Positions 1 to 11,639 of a stretch of 54,128 nt of DNA are shown piece by piece. The notes beneath the pieces were generated by a model. The model was not told the origin of the DNA and did no database searches. It saw only the letters and a program-made list of their open reading frames with translations. The stretch's first letter is position 1, and each line of letters begins with the position of its first letter. This stretch comes from Catajapyx aquilonaris (taxonomy: Eukaryota). The stretch is taken from positions 1-54,128 of the forward strand of contig KZ538678.1 in the NCBI GenBank assembly GCA_000934665.2. The letters are read 5' to 3'. Position numbers and translations under genes: made by a program.

Positions 1-250
1 TGATAGTCGCAACTTCCAGCATTGCTCACTGCTGGGGCCATCCTTCTCCACGACAACGCCCATCCGGTGCTGTCAACAGGGCACCCCTTTCTATTGGGAA
101 GGGATTGAGAAACTGGTCTGGCGATGGGATGGGAAACTATGTCGTAAAGTAGATGTCCATTGTCCTCATCTACCCTGTAAGTTTCGTCATTTGTGTTCAT
201 ACAGAATAAAGGTTACAGCCTTGGAGACCTTACTTTTTGATCACTCCTCG
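1..250 (+). mobile_element. Mariner transposon 3' remnant, internally deleted
   Basis: Encodes AILLHDNAHP (second catalytic Asp motif) joined directly to FYWEGIEKLVWRWD..GNYVVK*. Ends in a mariner-type TIR CTTACTTTTTGATCACTCCTCG followed by TA. Confidence 0.8.
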
Positions 251-532
251 TACAAACTAGAATGTTAAGTAATTTAAGAAATAAGTCAAGATTCCTACGC
301 GTGAAGGAAAACTCCATAAAGCCCAGAACAAGAAATCTGTATAACCTTCTCTCCTACCCACCTACACATTTTCATAGTTCTTCTCTTTCAAGGGCTAACA
401 AAAATCAAATTATCTGTATGTTTGGTTTTTTTCAAAATGTAAATAATAGGATAAATTTTTCAATGTATTAACTGGGAATTCTGAACTTGTGTTCATTCAA
501 AAATGTAATGGAAAATTTGGAATATGGGTGTA

Positions 533-919
533 CCAGTCCCGCTCATAAAGAATGGTACAACTCTTTGGACGAACTGTTTATCCTGATTATCCTGCATTAT
601 TCCCAACCTTAATTCAACGAAACCCTATGGACAACCTTTTCTGGACCTCTGGTGACTCGTATGATCCATCCCAATTTTTAAATGAAAATTTTAATTACCA
701 AAATGTTCAACCCGGTGCAATGCTTACGAAGATTTGATGTGAATTTCCCCCCTAAAATTTCCCTACTTAGCTTGGTTTTTCCTTTTTTTAAATTTTATTC
801 TGATTCCCTTTTCCCGGACTTCCTCGTGACCCCTAAAAACATGCTGGCAACCCAGGGGTTGGGAACAGACTAAACATTTCGTCCATATAGAGTCGTACCA
901 TTCTTTATGAGCGGTACCG
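533..919. mobile_element. MITE with ~42-bp terminal inverted repeats
   Basis: CCGCTCATAAAGAATGGTACAACTCTTTGGACGAACTGTTTA (539-580) is inverted at 871-914; TA lies just outside both ends. Confidence 0.65.
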
Positions 920-3900
920 TACATGTGTCCCCCGAAACAGGTATATACCTGAGCAAGGGGTAGAAAAATAAAATAAATAATAAATAAATAATTTACCATA
1001 TTAGTCAAGCATGTCACAAATGTCAATCATGTGCTGCAGTGTCAGGGCTTTGTTTTCCGTACTTTTTGCATTTCAGATAGTGAAGCGTCAAGGGATTATT
1101 TGGGACATGTGCAATTTTTGAAAAATAACAATATTTGTGCAGAAGACCCAGGAACAGATCATTTCCATTGTTGTCCACAGCTACAGAGGAGTGCTCACTC
1201 TTCAGCTGGTACGTCACAGGTACAGTCTGCACTGTGTTGTGGAGATATTACAATTTTGCATTCTAATTATTATCCAGGACGGAAGAGTATGCCAACCTGC
1301 ATTGTGTTTGTTTGAATTCATTGTGGTTTGTGGATGGAACTAATCTGGAAGGGTTTGATGTGGATATTTTCAGGAAGAACTGTGTGCAGAAGAGGGTGAC
1401 CTTTGACCGAGCCTTTCACTCTGCCACCATGGCAGCCATTAGGAAGAAATAGGGCTGCCACTTGAAATACCCAGATGTTCCAATGGGTCATAGCCAGGGT
1501 CACACAGCTTGCGGGTCCATATGAAGCCTGGGTCAACCCTGTTAGTTGGTGACCTGCAGACTGACATTGCCTACTTCAGCTGCCAGCCACTGAAGACTAG
1601 ATGACTGCACCTCTTGGATGTGCCTACAATACCAGCTCACAGTAGCTCAGTTGTGACCTGTTGCTCTCCAGCCTGAAGAGCTCCCTGTCGAGAGTCGGCT
1701 GGTGTGCAGCCTGAGGATGCATCTCAATCTGGATGGAAACCCATGGCAACGACGACCTGAATGATGGGATTTCGACAGGGTAATAATTTCCAATGCTGGA
1801 ACTTTGCATTGATTTCTGTCATGGGTAGGGCCGTTGTCTGATTCAAATGCTGTCTGTAAGTCTGCAGGTTCAAGGCAAGAGATTAATATTGTCCAAAGCA
1901 GCACAGGCACTCGGAAACATGATTGCGGCAACACCTGAGGTCATCATTCACGCCATCCCACCTCACAATGTTCACCAAACACTACAAATTAAATTTGGTG
2001 AGCAAAAGTCATTTATAAGCATAGCCACAACTAATTAGGAATTTGCATGATGAGGTCATAATTATTTCAACAATAGGTGGATTTATATTTTTAAATTCCC
2101 TTGCTAGTCTAATTGCTTCCAATGAGTGTGGCAGTGACATTGCATGCCTTTGGAAGTTTCGCTGTTGACGACAGCATCATTCTAAGTTGGAAGCAATCTT
2201 TAATGGTGGTAGAACTAGGCAGAAGAACTACCACAAGTTGTTTGGAAATGATTGCTTGAATTTCAGTCATGAGCACAATTTCATTGGGAATGACAAGTTC
2301 ATTAAAATCACATGTCAATTCAATTCTGAATGAAATAATTTTGGTTCAGGAGGATGCATCTTACGTCAGTCGGGATGGAGTGAACATGTGGACAGCCAAT
2401 CACCTGTGTCCATTTAGCACCAACTCCCATCATGAAGTGCAGTTTGACCATCACTAGACAGGACCCAGCCACATCATATCAATCATGGACTCAGACCAAG
2501 GAGGAAGTGGAGGAGGCGGAAGGGACACTTTTCCTTGCTGCTTGTGCTTTTTGTTGTACACGTTTGTTGGGTTATGATTATAATTATATGGTATGTCATT
2601 TGCTTGGCACTCGTTACAATGCCGCATCGACGTGCATATTAATAAAGGTCAAATGGTGTCAAGTGGCCACTTTAAGTGATTTGCTGCATGTTGGGTTTTG
2701 GGGGATTTGTGTGTGGCTGTAACTAACTATTTCTGCACCAATATCTTAAAATATTTTTAATGGCCGTGTGAGTGATTCATATGATCTAATGTGTGTGTTC
2801 AGAGTCATTTTAGGTCGCTGCTGTCAGCTAGACTCCGGATGAGTGAAGGACTCAGTACAGAGCATAATATTTAAGTAAATATTTAATGCACATATATATT
2901 TTTTTTGTTAGGTATAGGATTCTGCTGAAATAATAATGGACCCCAGTTTAATAACCAGCTGTAGATACTGGCAAATATGAAGCAGAGCAAGAGATGTGGT
3001 TACTAGCCCATTTCACACCTGCTGTTCATCCCATACCCAGCCTTGTGAACTCGTATCCAACTCTGCTAACCTGCTGCTGCTCGACCACACCTTGGAAAGT
3101 ATATGCGACTCAACCAGCCTGCCATCACTGCAGACAGAAAAGCAGGAGTGGCCGTGCAGAGTGAGATGAAGGCCACTCAGGTTTCTCATTAGTTATGCTG
3201 CAGAACATTTCATTCCAAGAAACGCAAGAACATATCTTTCAGGGATGAGGTGACTAGACGAACGTCAGGTACCAATAATCAGCGTTACAACATGGCAACC
3301 CCCTCTTCAGGTGGCAGCTATTGAAGTGCACATCCTTGCCAGTACATCCAGTTGTCTGTGATGACCTCTGCTGCCTTGGATAATAATTGCTGTGCTCATC
3401 AGATGTATGCAGCTGTGGACTGACCTGGTGCATCTAGGACTGACCTGGTGATGTGGTGTCCCTCTGCCCAGTGACCTCCCACGTAAACAGTGAATCCAAC
3501 CTGTCTGTTTTAGATGATGTCATAATATGCTTCATGATCCAGACAACAACAATAATGGGGAGGAATACCAACGTGAGCCCTGCGACATCTCAACCAAAAG
3601 TGACGTGCAGATGGAAACATGAGGCTGAGGTAACAGTACCTTCATCTCCAGATGACTCACGAACCTGACGGCATGACGGGAGTAGCTCAGCTGTCTCCAG
3701 ATGAGTGACACTGAGATCATTCAGGGTTTTCCCTTATTGATATTTTATGATCCTGTGTTTCAGGATTATGGTGACTCAGTTGCCCGGCACTGCTACGTGG
3801 CAACCCTGTCTCCAGATGATGGCAAAGGAAAACTTGGAAGATCTGCATAAGGACTTAAATTTTGAGAACTGGATCAGGCATGGAGCTTCAATGACTGTAG

Positions 3901-4029
3901 AGAAAGATGATGGGGAATGGACTGGCCTGTGGTTCAAGCCTGGTAAGCCAAGAGGTCTGATGACAAGAGTGTTAGAGTGAGTGGTCGTTTAAAGCCCGTT
4001 AGTAGTTAAACACCTTTGAAGAGTGGGGT

Positions 4030-4443
4030 TTCCATGAAGGAGGAGGAGATTGTGAAGAAGGTTTATTTGGGTGGAGTGGTTGGTAAGAGGGGCAAGGGTA
4101 GGCCTAGGAAGACATGGTTGGACCAGGTGGGTCAGTGTCTTAAGGGTGTTGCTATTGTTAAGCCGAGACGTTCTTGTGTCAATAGGACCATGGACGTGGC
4201 TGAGGCTAGGGTTGTTTGTTTGGGGTGTAAATGGCGTAGGTTAATTAATGGGTAAATAGGTAAATATGTCTGAGGATAAGGTGATGTCTGAGGTGGGCAG
4301 GGGTGGGGGGTGGGACAGGTGGTTTTTAGGTTTATTCTCATGAGTTTTATTAGTTCATAATTATGTTGGGTTAGCTTGCGTCTCCCTTCATCGCTGACTA
4401 CCCCTCATAGGGAAATGTCGTGATGTTGTTGTTGTTGTTGTTG
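4030..4443 (+). mobile_element. 5'-truncated RTE-clade LINE (ORF C-terminus plus 3' UTR)
   Basis: KKVYLGGVVGKRGKGRPRKTWLDQV...EARVVCLGCKWRRLI is a typical RTE C-terminus. (GTT)n tail. TSD TTGAAGAGTGGGGT at 4016-4029 and 4444-4457. Confidence 0.85.
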
Positions 4444-4960
4444 TTGAAGAGTGGGGTGTTCCCTTCTTCCCAGTTTCACAGTCCAAATGTAGTGCACATT
4501 GCAAAATCACTGTATATTCAATTGGGTTGCAAGGGACTGCAGGTTACTACAATGGCTGTTCTGTGGCTGATGTTTAACAGGCTGAAAATGCCTATAATAC
4601 CAGTGGGCAGGTTGCGTCCACCAAGTGCCCTTGTCCGGCTTTCTTATGCGGTGAATGTTGATTTGGTTACAATTTGCTCTACATGTAAAAGGCTGGCGAA
4701 TTTGGAGAGAAGAGAATTGGAGGTGATAGAATACTCGAGTTTGCCCAAGGGCATTGACGAAGGAACAGTAAACAAAAATTACCTCAACTTTTAGTTTTAT
4801 TTGAAAGGTACTACCGTTGAGTGTGAAGGTAATTAAGATCAACCTTAGATTGTTGTGTTATATCTTTTTTTAAAAACTTGAAGGTTTGAAAATGAGAAGT
4901 GCTCATTTTTATGCTGAATCAGTCATTTCAGAGTCGGCCTTCTTCCTATACTAATGCTTA

Positions 4961-5107
4961 GGGGCGTTTTCTCGAACAGTGGTTCAAATGTAAACCAGGT
5001 TCAAAGCCAGTTTAATCCCTGATTTGATTGTTGTTAGGCTGTTGTCAAGGGTTTAAATCGGCTTTGAACCGGGTTTACATTTGAACCACTGTTCGAGAAA
5101 ACGACCC
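4961..5107. mobile_element. PIF/Harbinger (Tourist-like) palindromic MITE
   Basis: GGGGCGTTTTCTCGAACAGTGGTTCAAATGTAAACC is inverted at the right end; TTA on both flanks. Confidence 0.75.
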
Positions 5108-5118
5108 TTAGTGCAGCT

Positions 5119-5121
<3 letters not shown>

Positions 5122-5205
<84 letters not shown>

Positions 5206-5857
5206 GTGGGTTGTGTGCTTTTGACCCCTAGGGTACAAGCATGGACACTTATTTCAGCCAGGCCCACGAGCAGGATGACAGGAGGGGATGTTAATAATAA
5301 TAATGCTGGGGTAATGTGCTTTCCTCCCCCACATGGGGGCATATCACACAGACCTTTATTTATTGAGGTACATTTGGTGCCTATTCATTTGAAATGACCG
5401 GGCCCACGGGCAGGATGACAGGAGGGGATGTGCAAGGTGCAGTGCATCTGACGCTGTGGCCATTTTTAGTGAACTCCCAGGGTGATTTAGTCTGTTGGAA
5501 ATACCACCCGAGACGAAGCCAGAGATGACCCTGAACTCTGCACGAGATGAAGGGGGTGTCCCCGGGTTGGGATCGAACCCGGGACCTTATCATCTGTGGG
5601 CGTGTACGTTACCGCGGCACCACTTCGCATCCCTAGACAGGGAGGGGATGTGCAATGTGCAATGCAAAATTTCCAAGATGGTACATAGTTTGTGAACTCC
5701 CCCGGGGGGATATGTCTAGCGGAAATTCCACCAGAGAGGAAGCCAGAGACGACCCAACTCTGCACGAGATGAGGGGGGTGTCCCCGGGCTGGGATCGAAC
5801 CTGGGACCTTAACATCCGTGGGCGCATACGTTACCACAGCACCACTCCGCCTCCCTT
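5122..5857 (-). mobile_element. tRNA-derived SINE family A, outer copy containing a nested family A copy
   Basis: Pol III A/B-box head (GGGAGGCGGAGTGGTGCTGTGG...GGTTCGATCCC) and an (AAT/TAT)n tail. TSD TTAGTGCAGCTTAT at 5108-5121 and 5858-5871. Confidence 0.9.
5293..5635 (-). mobile_element. SINE family A, inner nested copy
   Basis: Complete head, body and short (ATT)n tail, flanked by near-identical GACAGG(G)AGGGGATGT repeats at ~5277-5291 and ~5636-5651. Confidence 0.85.
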
Positions 5858-6039
5858 TTAGTGCAGCTTATTGACAGCACCACTTCTGATTTTGTGTGGG
5901 CTTAACCCTTTACTATGTAGGTGGAGCCTGAGAGGCTCCAACCACTATTTAAACGCATGTAACTTTTTAATTAAATGTTTTTTCCCCCTCTCCTTCCATG
6001 ACTTTGTCACAAAAAAATGTAAAACCTTCCTAAGCTTCA

Positions 6040-6290
6040 CAATCCTGCTTGACAGAGGGGGCAGCCACCAGGTCATATAGCGATTGACTCTCAAGGAATG
6101 ACAGCTCTGCACTTGCCTTGCAGGCAGGGACATGCTCACATCCTGGCAATGCTGCAGCAGCAAAGGCCATCTGAGGAGGTGTCAGCCATGTGCGCAGGTG
6201 AATCTGGCAGCACAGCCCTTCACGAATATGTGGAGGGAAGTCATGTTGAGTCCGTCCGCCTCTGGCTTGAAATGGTGATGGTGTAACAAG
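6040..6290 (+). pseudogene. Decayed ankyrin-repeat coding fragment, 5' part
   Basis: ILLDRG, DSQGMTALHLPCRQGHAHILAML and GSTALHEYVEGSHVESVRLWLEM fit the ankyrin G-x-T-[AP]-L-H consensus; stops and frameshifts present. Confidence 0.65.
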
Positions 6291-6353
6291 AAGGCAGAGC
6301 TGGGGATGCTAACCAAAAGTCTTAGTTCCGCTAACTTCCGCTAACCGCTAATA

Positions 6354-7274
6354 CGAGGGGTGTTATATAAGTTCGTGGTTTCGCCTAGAAGGAGAAGCAA
6401 ATGCGGTAGCTAAACAGCACCATTAAATCGAGCCACCCTTCAAACTCCTATATCCACCCAATTGACATAGGTGTCAAAGTCCTTGGGTTCAGAAATAATT
6501 CGGATGTGAAAGGGTGCGCAGCATCTTGTGAAGATGGCGAACATCGCACATCGCGCGGTCATCCAGTACCTGGTGGCAAAGGGAATGGGTGCCAAGGACA
6601 TCTTTGAGGACATGAAGGATACATTGGCTGGCGATGCACCATCCTACAGCATGATCCAGAAGTGGACTGCCCTCTCCAAACACGCCCGAGACATCCTTGA
6701 AGACGACCCCCTCTCCGGAAGACCCGTGTGTTCCACCACTGAAGAAAATGTGGCCAAAGTGGAGGAACTAGTGATGGGAGACCGAAGACTGACTATCAGG
6801 TACCTTGCTGAGGTGGTGGGCATCTCAACATTTTCCATCCACACCATACTACATGACCACCTGCGCCTGTGGAAGGTGTCAGCACGATGGGTACCCCAAA
6901 TGTTGTCGCCAGAACAGAAGGCGGCGCGTCGGGAGATGTCACAATTAAATTTGGACCTGCTGAATGCTGATGCAGAAGGATTTTACGCTCGTGTGGTCAC
7001 ACAGGATGAAGCCTGGGTACCTCTACCTGTTCCCGAACATGAAGAAACACCTGCGGGGTCGACTCCATGGGAGTGACGAAGAGGTCAAGGCAGCTGTGGA
7101 GGACGTCTTGGGGGGATGAGATTCTTCCTTCTACCGGAGCGGTTTGGAGAAGTTGCCACGAAGATGGACAAAGTGAATTGACCGGTGGGGGGACTATGTT
7201 GAGAAATAAAATTGTTTTTTTGTCATGTCTCGCGTATGTCTACTTGAAACCACGAACTTATATAACATCCCTCA
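6354..7274 (+). mobile_element. Mariner element, 921 bp, internal deletion
   Basis: 29-bp TIRs CGAGGGGTGTTATATAAGTTCGTGGTTTC / GAAACCACGAACTTATATAACATCCCTCA with TA on both flanks. Confidence 0.95.
6534..7210 (+). pseudogene. Mariner transposase with intact HTH region and deleted catalytic core
   Basis: ORF contains DDPLSGRP, DRRLTIR, ARWVP and VTQDEAWV, then jumps at ~7020 to an out-of-frame YLFPNMKKHLRG...GDYVEK*. Confidence 0.9.
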
Positions 7275-7452
7275 TATATTCCGTTAGCAAACTGTGGACG
7301 GCGCTAAATCGTTAATGCTAAACAGCTAGAACGATTAGGGGGGTTTCCACTAACCTTTCCAGCTGTGTAGCATATTAGCGATTTGGCGATGTCTATGGTT
7401 TTACTGAGCAAGCCAGAAGTTCAAGGAACACCTTGAACTTCTGGCACATGTC

Positions 7453-7610
7453 ATGAGAAAAGGAGATGGAAACAGGGTTGTGGACCCAGAAGATGCAGAC
7501 CACCAAGGGAAGGCCCTTGTCCATCTGGCGGCAGAGTGTCATCATCCCGAGGTCCTCCACTGGCTTCTCGGGGTCGGGGAGCACCTGAGCTACCAATGCA
7601 GCCATGATCA
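7453..7610 (+). pseudogene. Ankyrin-repeat fragment, 3' part
   Basis: DADHQGKALVHLAAECHHPEVLHWLLGVG is an ankyrin repeat; cut off by the SINE at 7612. Confidence 0.6.
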
Positions 7611-7611
7611 A

Positions 7612-7882
7612 ATCCCACCCGGGGACACCCCCTTCATCTCGTGCAGATTCAGGGTCGCCTCTGGCTTCGTCTCGGGTGGTATTTCCAATAGACTAAACCA
7701 CCGGGGGGGAAAGTTCACTAAAAATGTCCACATTAGGACATTGCACTGCACCTTGCACATCCCCTCCTGTCATACTGCCCGTAGGCCCGGGCATTTCAAA
7801 TGAATAGGCTCCAAATGTACCATCATCAAATAAGGGTCTGTGCGATATGCCCCCAGGTGGGGACGAAAGCACATTACTCCAG

Positions 7883-7957
<75 letters not shown>

Positions 7958-7970
7958 CATCATCATCATC
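7612..7970 (+). mobile_element. SINE family A, 5'-truncated
   Basis: Body matches other family A copies from the B box onward; long (ATT)n(ATC)n tail. Confidence 0.85.
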
Positions 7971-8104
7971 TCCACAAAAAATCCATCGGGGTAAGATCTG
8001 AGCTTATGGCGGCTAGGCATTGGGAAACTTCTCATTCAAGACTTCGCACACTGGGAGGCTGAACAAACAAAACTTTCCTACAGCAGGTTTGTTTCGTGGA
8101 TGAG

Positions 8105-8270
8105 GCGACTAACATTTTATGTGCGTCATAAAGAACAATGAGTATGGTGTAAAGACCCGTCATATCCAGCACCTACGGGATAGGATTGCGACGGTAACTC
8201 CAGGTATGATTGAGCAGGTTAGGTCGACACCGATTACCGCCTTTTTATTTGCCGAGCGACACACTATGAT
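8105..8270 (+). pseudogene. Tc1/mariner-superfamily transposase C-terminal remnant
   Basis: IKNNEYGVKTRHIQHLRDRIATVTPGMIEQV and DYRLFICRAT resemble the end of insect Tc1-like transposases. Confidence 0.55.
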
Positions 8271-8348
8271 GGAACCAAAACTTTAGACATTTTTTAGCAT
8301 TTAAAAACTTAAATCATTATTATGTTTATAAGTTTTCGAGTTATAAGG

Positions 8349-8694
8349 TTTTTTTATGTTACCCCGTGATAGGGCCATAGGCCCTTATAGGGGGGTGGAA
8401 TCCCACCATTTATCCTTTAATTTTCTGAGTTTTTCTTCTAACTCCGGTGCAAGGATGAAAGGACATGAGGTAAGGATATAGGGATTTTTGGGGAGGGAAC
8501 ATTGGTGCAAGTGCAATGTCGGTAAACGGGTCATGTGCTGTTCCCCAGGAGGTTAGGTTGCCAGACACCTTCTTGGTGCAGGTCAGAGACCCTCCTGACG
8601 CAGGTGAATGGAAAGTTCCCCAGGCGGGGATCGAACCTGGGGCCTTTCACTCAGCAAGCCGAGACGTTACCATCTCGGCCATCTACACCTCCCC
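8349..8694 (-). mobile_element. tRNA-derived SINE family B
   Basis: Head GGGGAGGTGTAGATGGCCGAGATGG...GGTTCGATCCC; second copy at 41894. TSD GAGTTATAAGG at 8338-8348 and 8695-8705. Confidence 0.9.
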
Positions 8695-8792
8695 GAGTTA
8701 TAAGGGTTTTAAAATAGGGACATTATTTTTCGATGAACTAGTATTCTGATATCCGTGTAATTAACTTATTTAGTACGGTATGATCTAAGTAT

Positions 8793-8982
8793 CCGGTTCC
8801 TTTTAGTTACCTCCACCTGAATGGGTTATTTTTGTGAAGTTTTTTGCATAATATTCATGATCCAGGTGCCCAAATGCGTAGTTCGACCACACCTGGGAAT
8901 ACTCGTACTTGGAACCTTGATGGGGGCTCAAAATGCTTCACAAAAATTACCAATTCAGATGGCGGTAACTAAAAGGACCCGG
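8793..8982. mobile_element. Small MITE-like inverted repeat
   Basis: CCGGTTCCTTTTAGTTACCTCCACCTGAATGGGTTATTTTTGTGAAG is imperfectly inverted at 8935-8982. Confidence 0.6.
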
Positions 8983-9120
8983 TCACATGGAACCTACGTG
9001 TAAAGTGATCCACTGGTGCACAACAGTTTGCTCTAGAAAGTTTTGGGTAATTACAGTAATAATACAAATACTCCATGGAGTTGGAAAGACGTTGTTTTTT
9101 CATGGCGGCAGCCTAATTAA

Positions 9121-9859
9121 GGGGGCACTACAGTAATCGTCCTTTAAAAAAAGTGTTTTTTTGTTTTGTTTTGTTTTTTTGTTTTTTTGAAAAAATCAAG
9201 CGTCTTTTCCTGCGTCGAACGCGCCAAACCGCGTCCCGAAATTCTAAAAATTGCGCGTCGGTAGCCGACGCTTGGCAACCTAGCCTGGCAACGACCTTAG
9301 GAATATTTTAAACTTTAAACGCGTTTTTCTCAGTTTGCCGGAGTTGGACACTGTCACCATCGCCCAGGCCACAAAAATTTAGCTATACGGACTTCCCGCT
9401 TCACCAGATTTATCCTCAAACATGGCGTCTATCGTTCGGCCTAAAAGAATTAGCCTGCTCGAATTACTTCTATTTTTACTTTAATTAAATGTTTTCTCAA
9501 AACTGCTTAATTTTGTAGTTATCTTTCTGAAATCGTCAAAAAAAAATACTAAAACGATTTCAAAAATTATAATTTTAGGTCAAACGAAAACTACATGCTC
9601 AAGGAAGCTTGGAAGCTTGAGGTCCAATCTGACGGTTGTAGGTTGAACCCAGCGCAGCGCCCTAATCGTGGTTACAGTGGCGTGACGTCACGTGGCCCCG
9701 GAGGCCCTTCGACACACGAACGTGATTCAATTATAGGCGCTAATAGGTCTTTGACTTATGTACATTCATGAAAATGAAGTCGCAACTTGTTGTCTCTAAT
9801 GTTGTTGTTTTTTTTTTGCGATTTTTCACAAAACCCTTGATTTTGACTGTAGTGCCCCC
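9121..9859. mobile_element. Non-autonomous DNA transposon, Kolobok-like ends
   Basis: TIR GGGGGCACTACAGT / ACTGTAGTGCCCCC with TTAA on both flanks and purine-starting ends. Confidence 0.75.
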
Positions 9860-11639
9860 TTAAAAGGTAACCTGAAAGTATTTAAAAATATATATATTAA
9901 AAAAAAAGTCGTACACATGTTTTACAGGTATCTTCGCAATGGCCTTAGTGATTGGCCATTGGAGGTTGTTCCCCAGACAGAAGTAAGAAAAAAAGGAGGG
10001 TTTCCGTGTCGGGCCAGATGGAGTCAGGGAATTGCGGATTGCAAGTGTAGGGAGAGTTGTTGGCAAGCATTGTGGAAGCAAACTGGCAGCAAAAGTATGT
10101 GGCATGGGATCCGGGTCTGAATGCGAAGTAATGAAGCGCAGTTTGGGGACGAGGGCCGTAAATTGGGGCCGGGCTCATTCATTTCATATTATTCCAACCA
10201 CGCCCGTATTTCCTCCTCGTTCGGCCGCCACTTTAGCAGCTACATCTTGTCGCCAAGGAGCTCTGGCAAGATGTTAAAAGGGCTCTGGAAGGCGCGGCTC
10301 GCATGGAAAAAATTCCATTAAGGAAAAATAAAATGCCTCATCAAAGCCCAGGAAAATTTTATTTCCCTTTCATTCCCCCAAGTTCCTCGACGAGAAGCTC
10401 CAATATACTCGACTCCCGTCTGGAATAAGAATTCGACGTTGCACATTACTGGGGCATCGCCGCTAGGAAACGGCTTCATAAATTTCAACAAAAACGCTTC
10501 CTCCGCTTTGGAAATTATTTTACCTTTGCTTGCAGATTCACTGGCCGCCGGGGACAAGGAGAGAATCGTCTTTGTGCCACTCATCCTCCTGCCCTCCCCC
10601 TCTCATTCATTCATTTTTTCTATTCCCTGTATTTCTGCCGACATTTCTCGTGATTGCAGGCAATGAACTTCATTCCCCCTAGCCTACCTTATCAATTGCG
10701 CAGCGACCTTCTCTTTGTTTTTGATGTGTACCGTACAGTAGTCTGCGTGAGCTTGTGTCAAGTTAGCATTGCGTTTGCCTGTAAGGCGGCAAATTAACCG
10801 AGCTGTACGATGCATGCAGAGCAGCAGAAGCAAGAAAAGGCTTTGTGCTTGTGAACGCCAAGTATTGCATGAAACGTTGAAGAATGTCTGCAACGACAGG
10901 GGAACTAATACTGTATGTTGAAAATATTTTTTCTCTCTATCATCTGACTTTTATCTTATGATACAAATATTCTGCTCATGATAATGCCGCGTACCATGAT
11001 TCCTGATTTTCCCCCGTAACTACCTTACTTTATAAATGGGGGGGGGGGGGGTTCATATTGAATAAATGGTGACAAAATGAACAAGCAAACGAACCAAAAG
11101 GTTCACACCCCCCAAAAGTCTCAGGGTAGGTTCCAGCTTCCTGATAAGTACCGCCGTACCGGTAGCCCGTCGAGTCACATTCCGCGGTGCCCCGCACGAC
11201 TCTCTCCCTCCACCACTGCCTGCCTCCTGATTGGCCAAACTGTGACTGACAATCATGCATTTCGTCAAAATTAGGATGACACAGCCCCCTGACCAGCCCC
11301 CTGTCACTTCCTCCCTAGCTGTATGGATACGGTAGTTTAATTCCTGTGTCTCCGCCAGCCCGGATTTTTGCGCTGGCGGCGCTACATCGTTCGCTATACC
11401 GCCATCTTGTCAAGGTGCAACTCTGGTGGTAGGTAGCGGGGATGGGCTCCCACCTAGCATCTTATAATAGGCTACCACCACCTAATACGGCAATACGTAA
11501 CCCACACATGATAATTCAGGGTGAAAAGGCGCGGAGTTGCCATGCCACGACTTTGGTCAAGGCACATACAAGTATTTCCATTCTAGACATAAAATTGTTT
11601 TTAGGGAACTGACACGAAGTAGCGTATGACTATTATAAT

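Larger units (their letters stand above)
6295..7395. mobile_element. Old non-autonomous DNA element with (CC)GCTAAC subrepeats, host of the mariner
   Basis: GCTAAC/TTAGC short repeats on both sides of the mariner interrupt the ankyrin sequence; termini only weakly inverted. Confidence 0.4.

Noticed and set aside
5053..5342. ORFs with poly-Ile, Leu, Asn or Tyr runs (also near 7800, 29011, 30021, 31820, 32298, 47220)
   Set aside because: Translations of (ATT)n/(AAT)n SINE tails and microsatellites.
5780..5857. tRNA-like sequences with A and B boxes, here and at ~15 other sites
   Set aside because: Each continues into a shared body, a simple-repeat tail and usually a TSD, with no convincing complete cloverleaf. 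They are SINE heads, not tRNA genes.
10318..10666. Overlapping 75-88 aa ORFs in non-repetitive-looking DNA
   Set aside because: No recognisable motif or convincing splice pair. May be regulatory DNA, but that cannot be supported from sequence alone.
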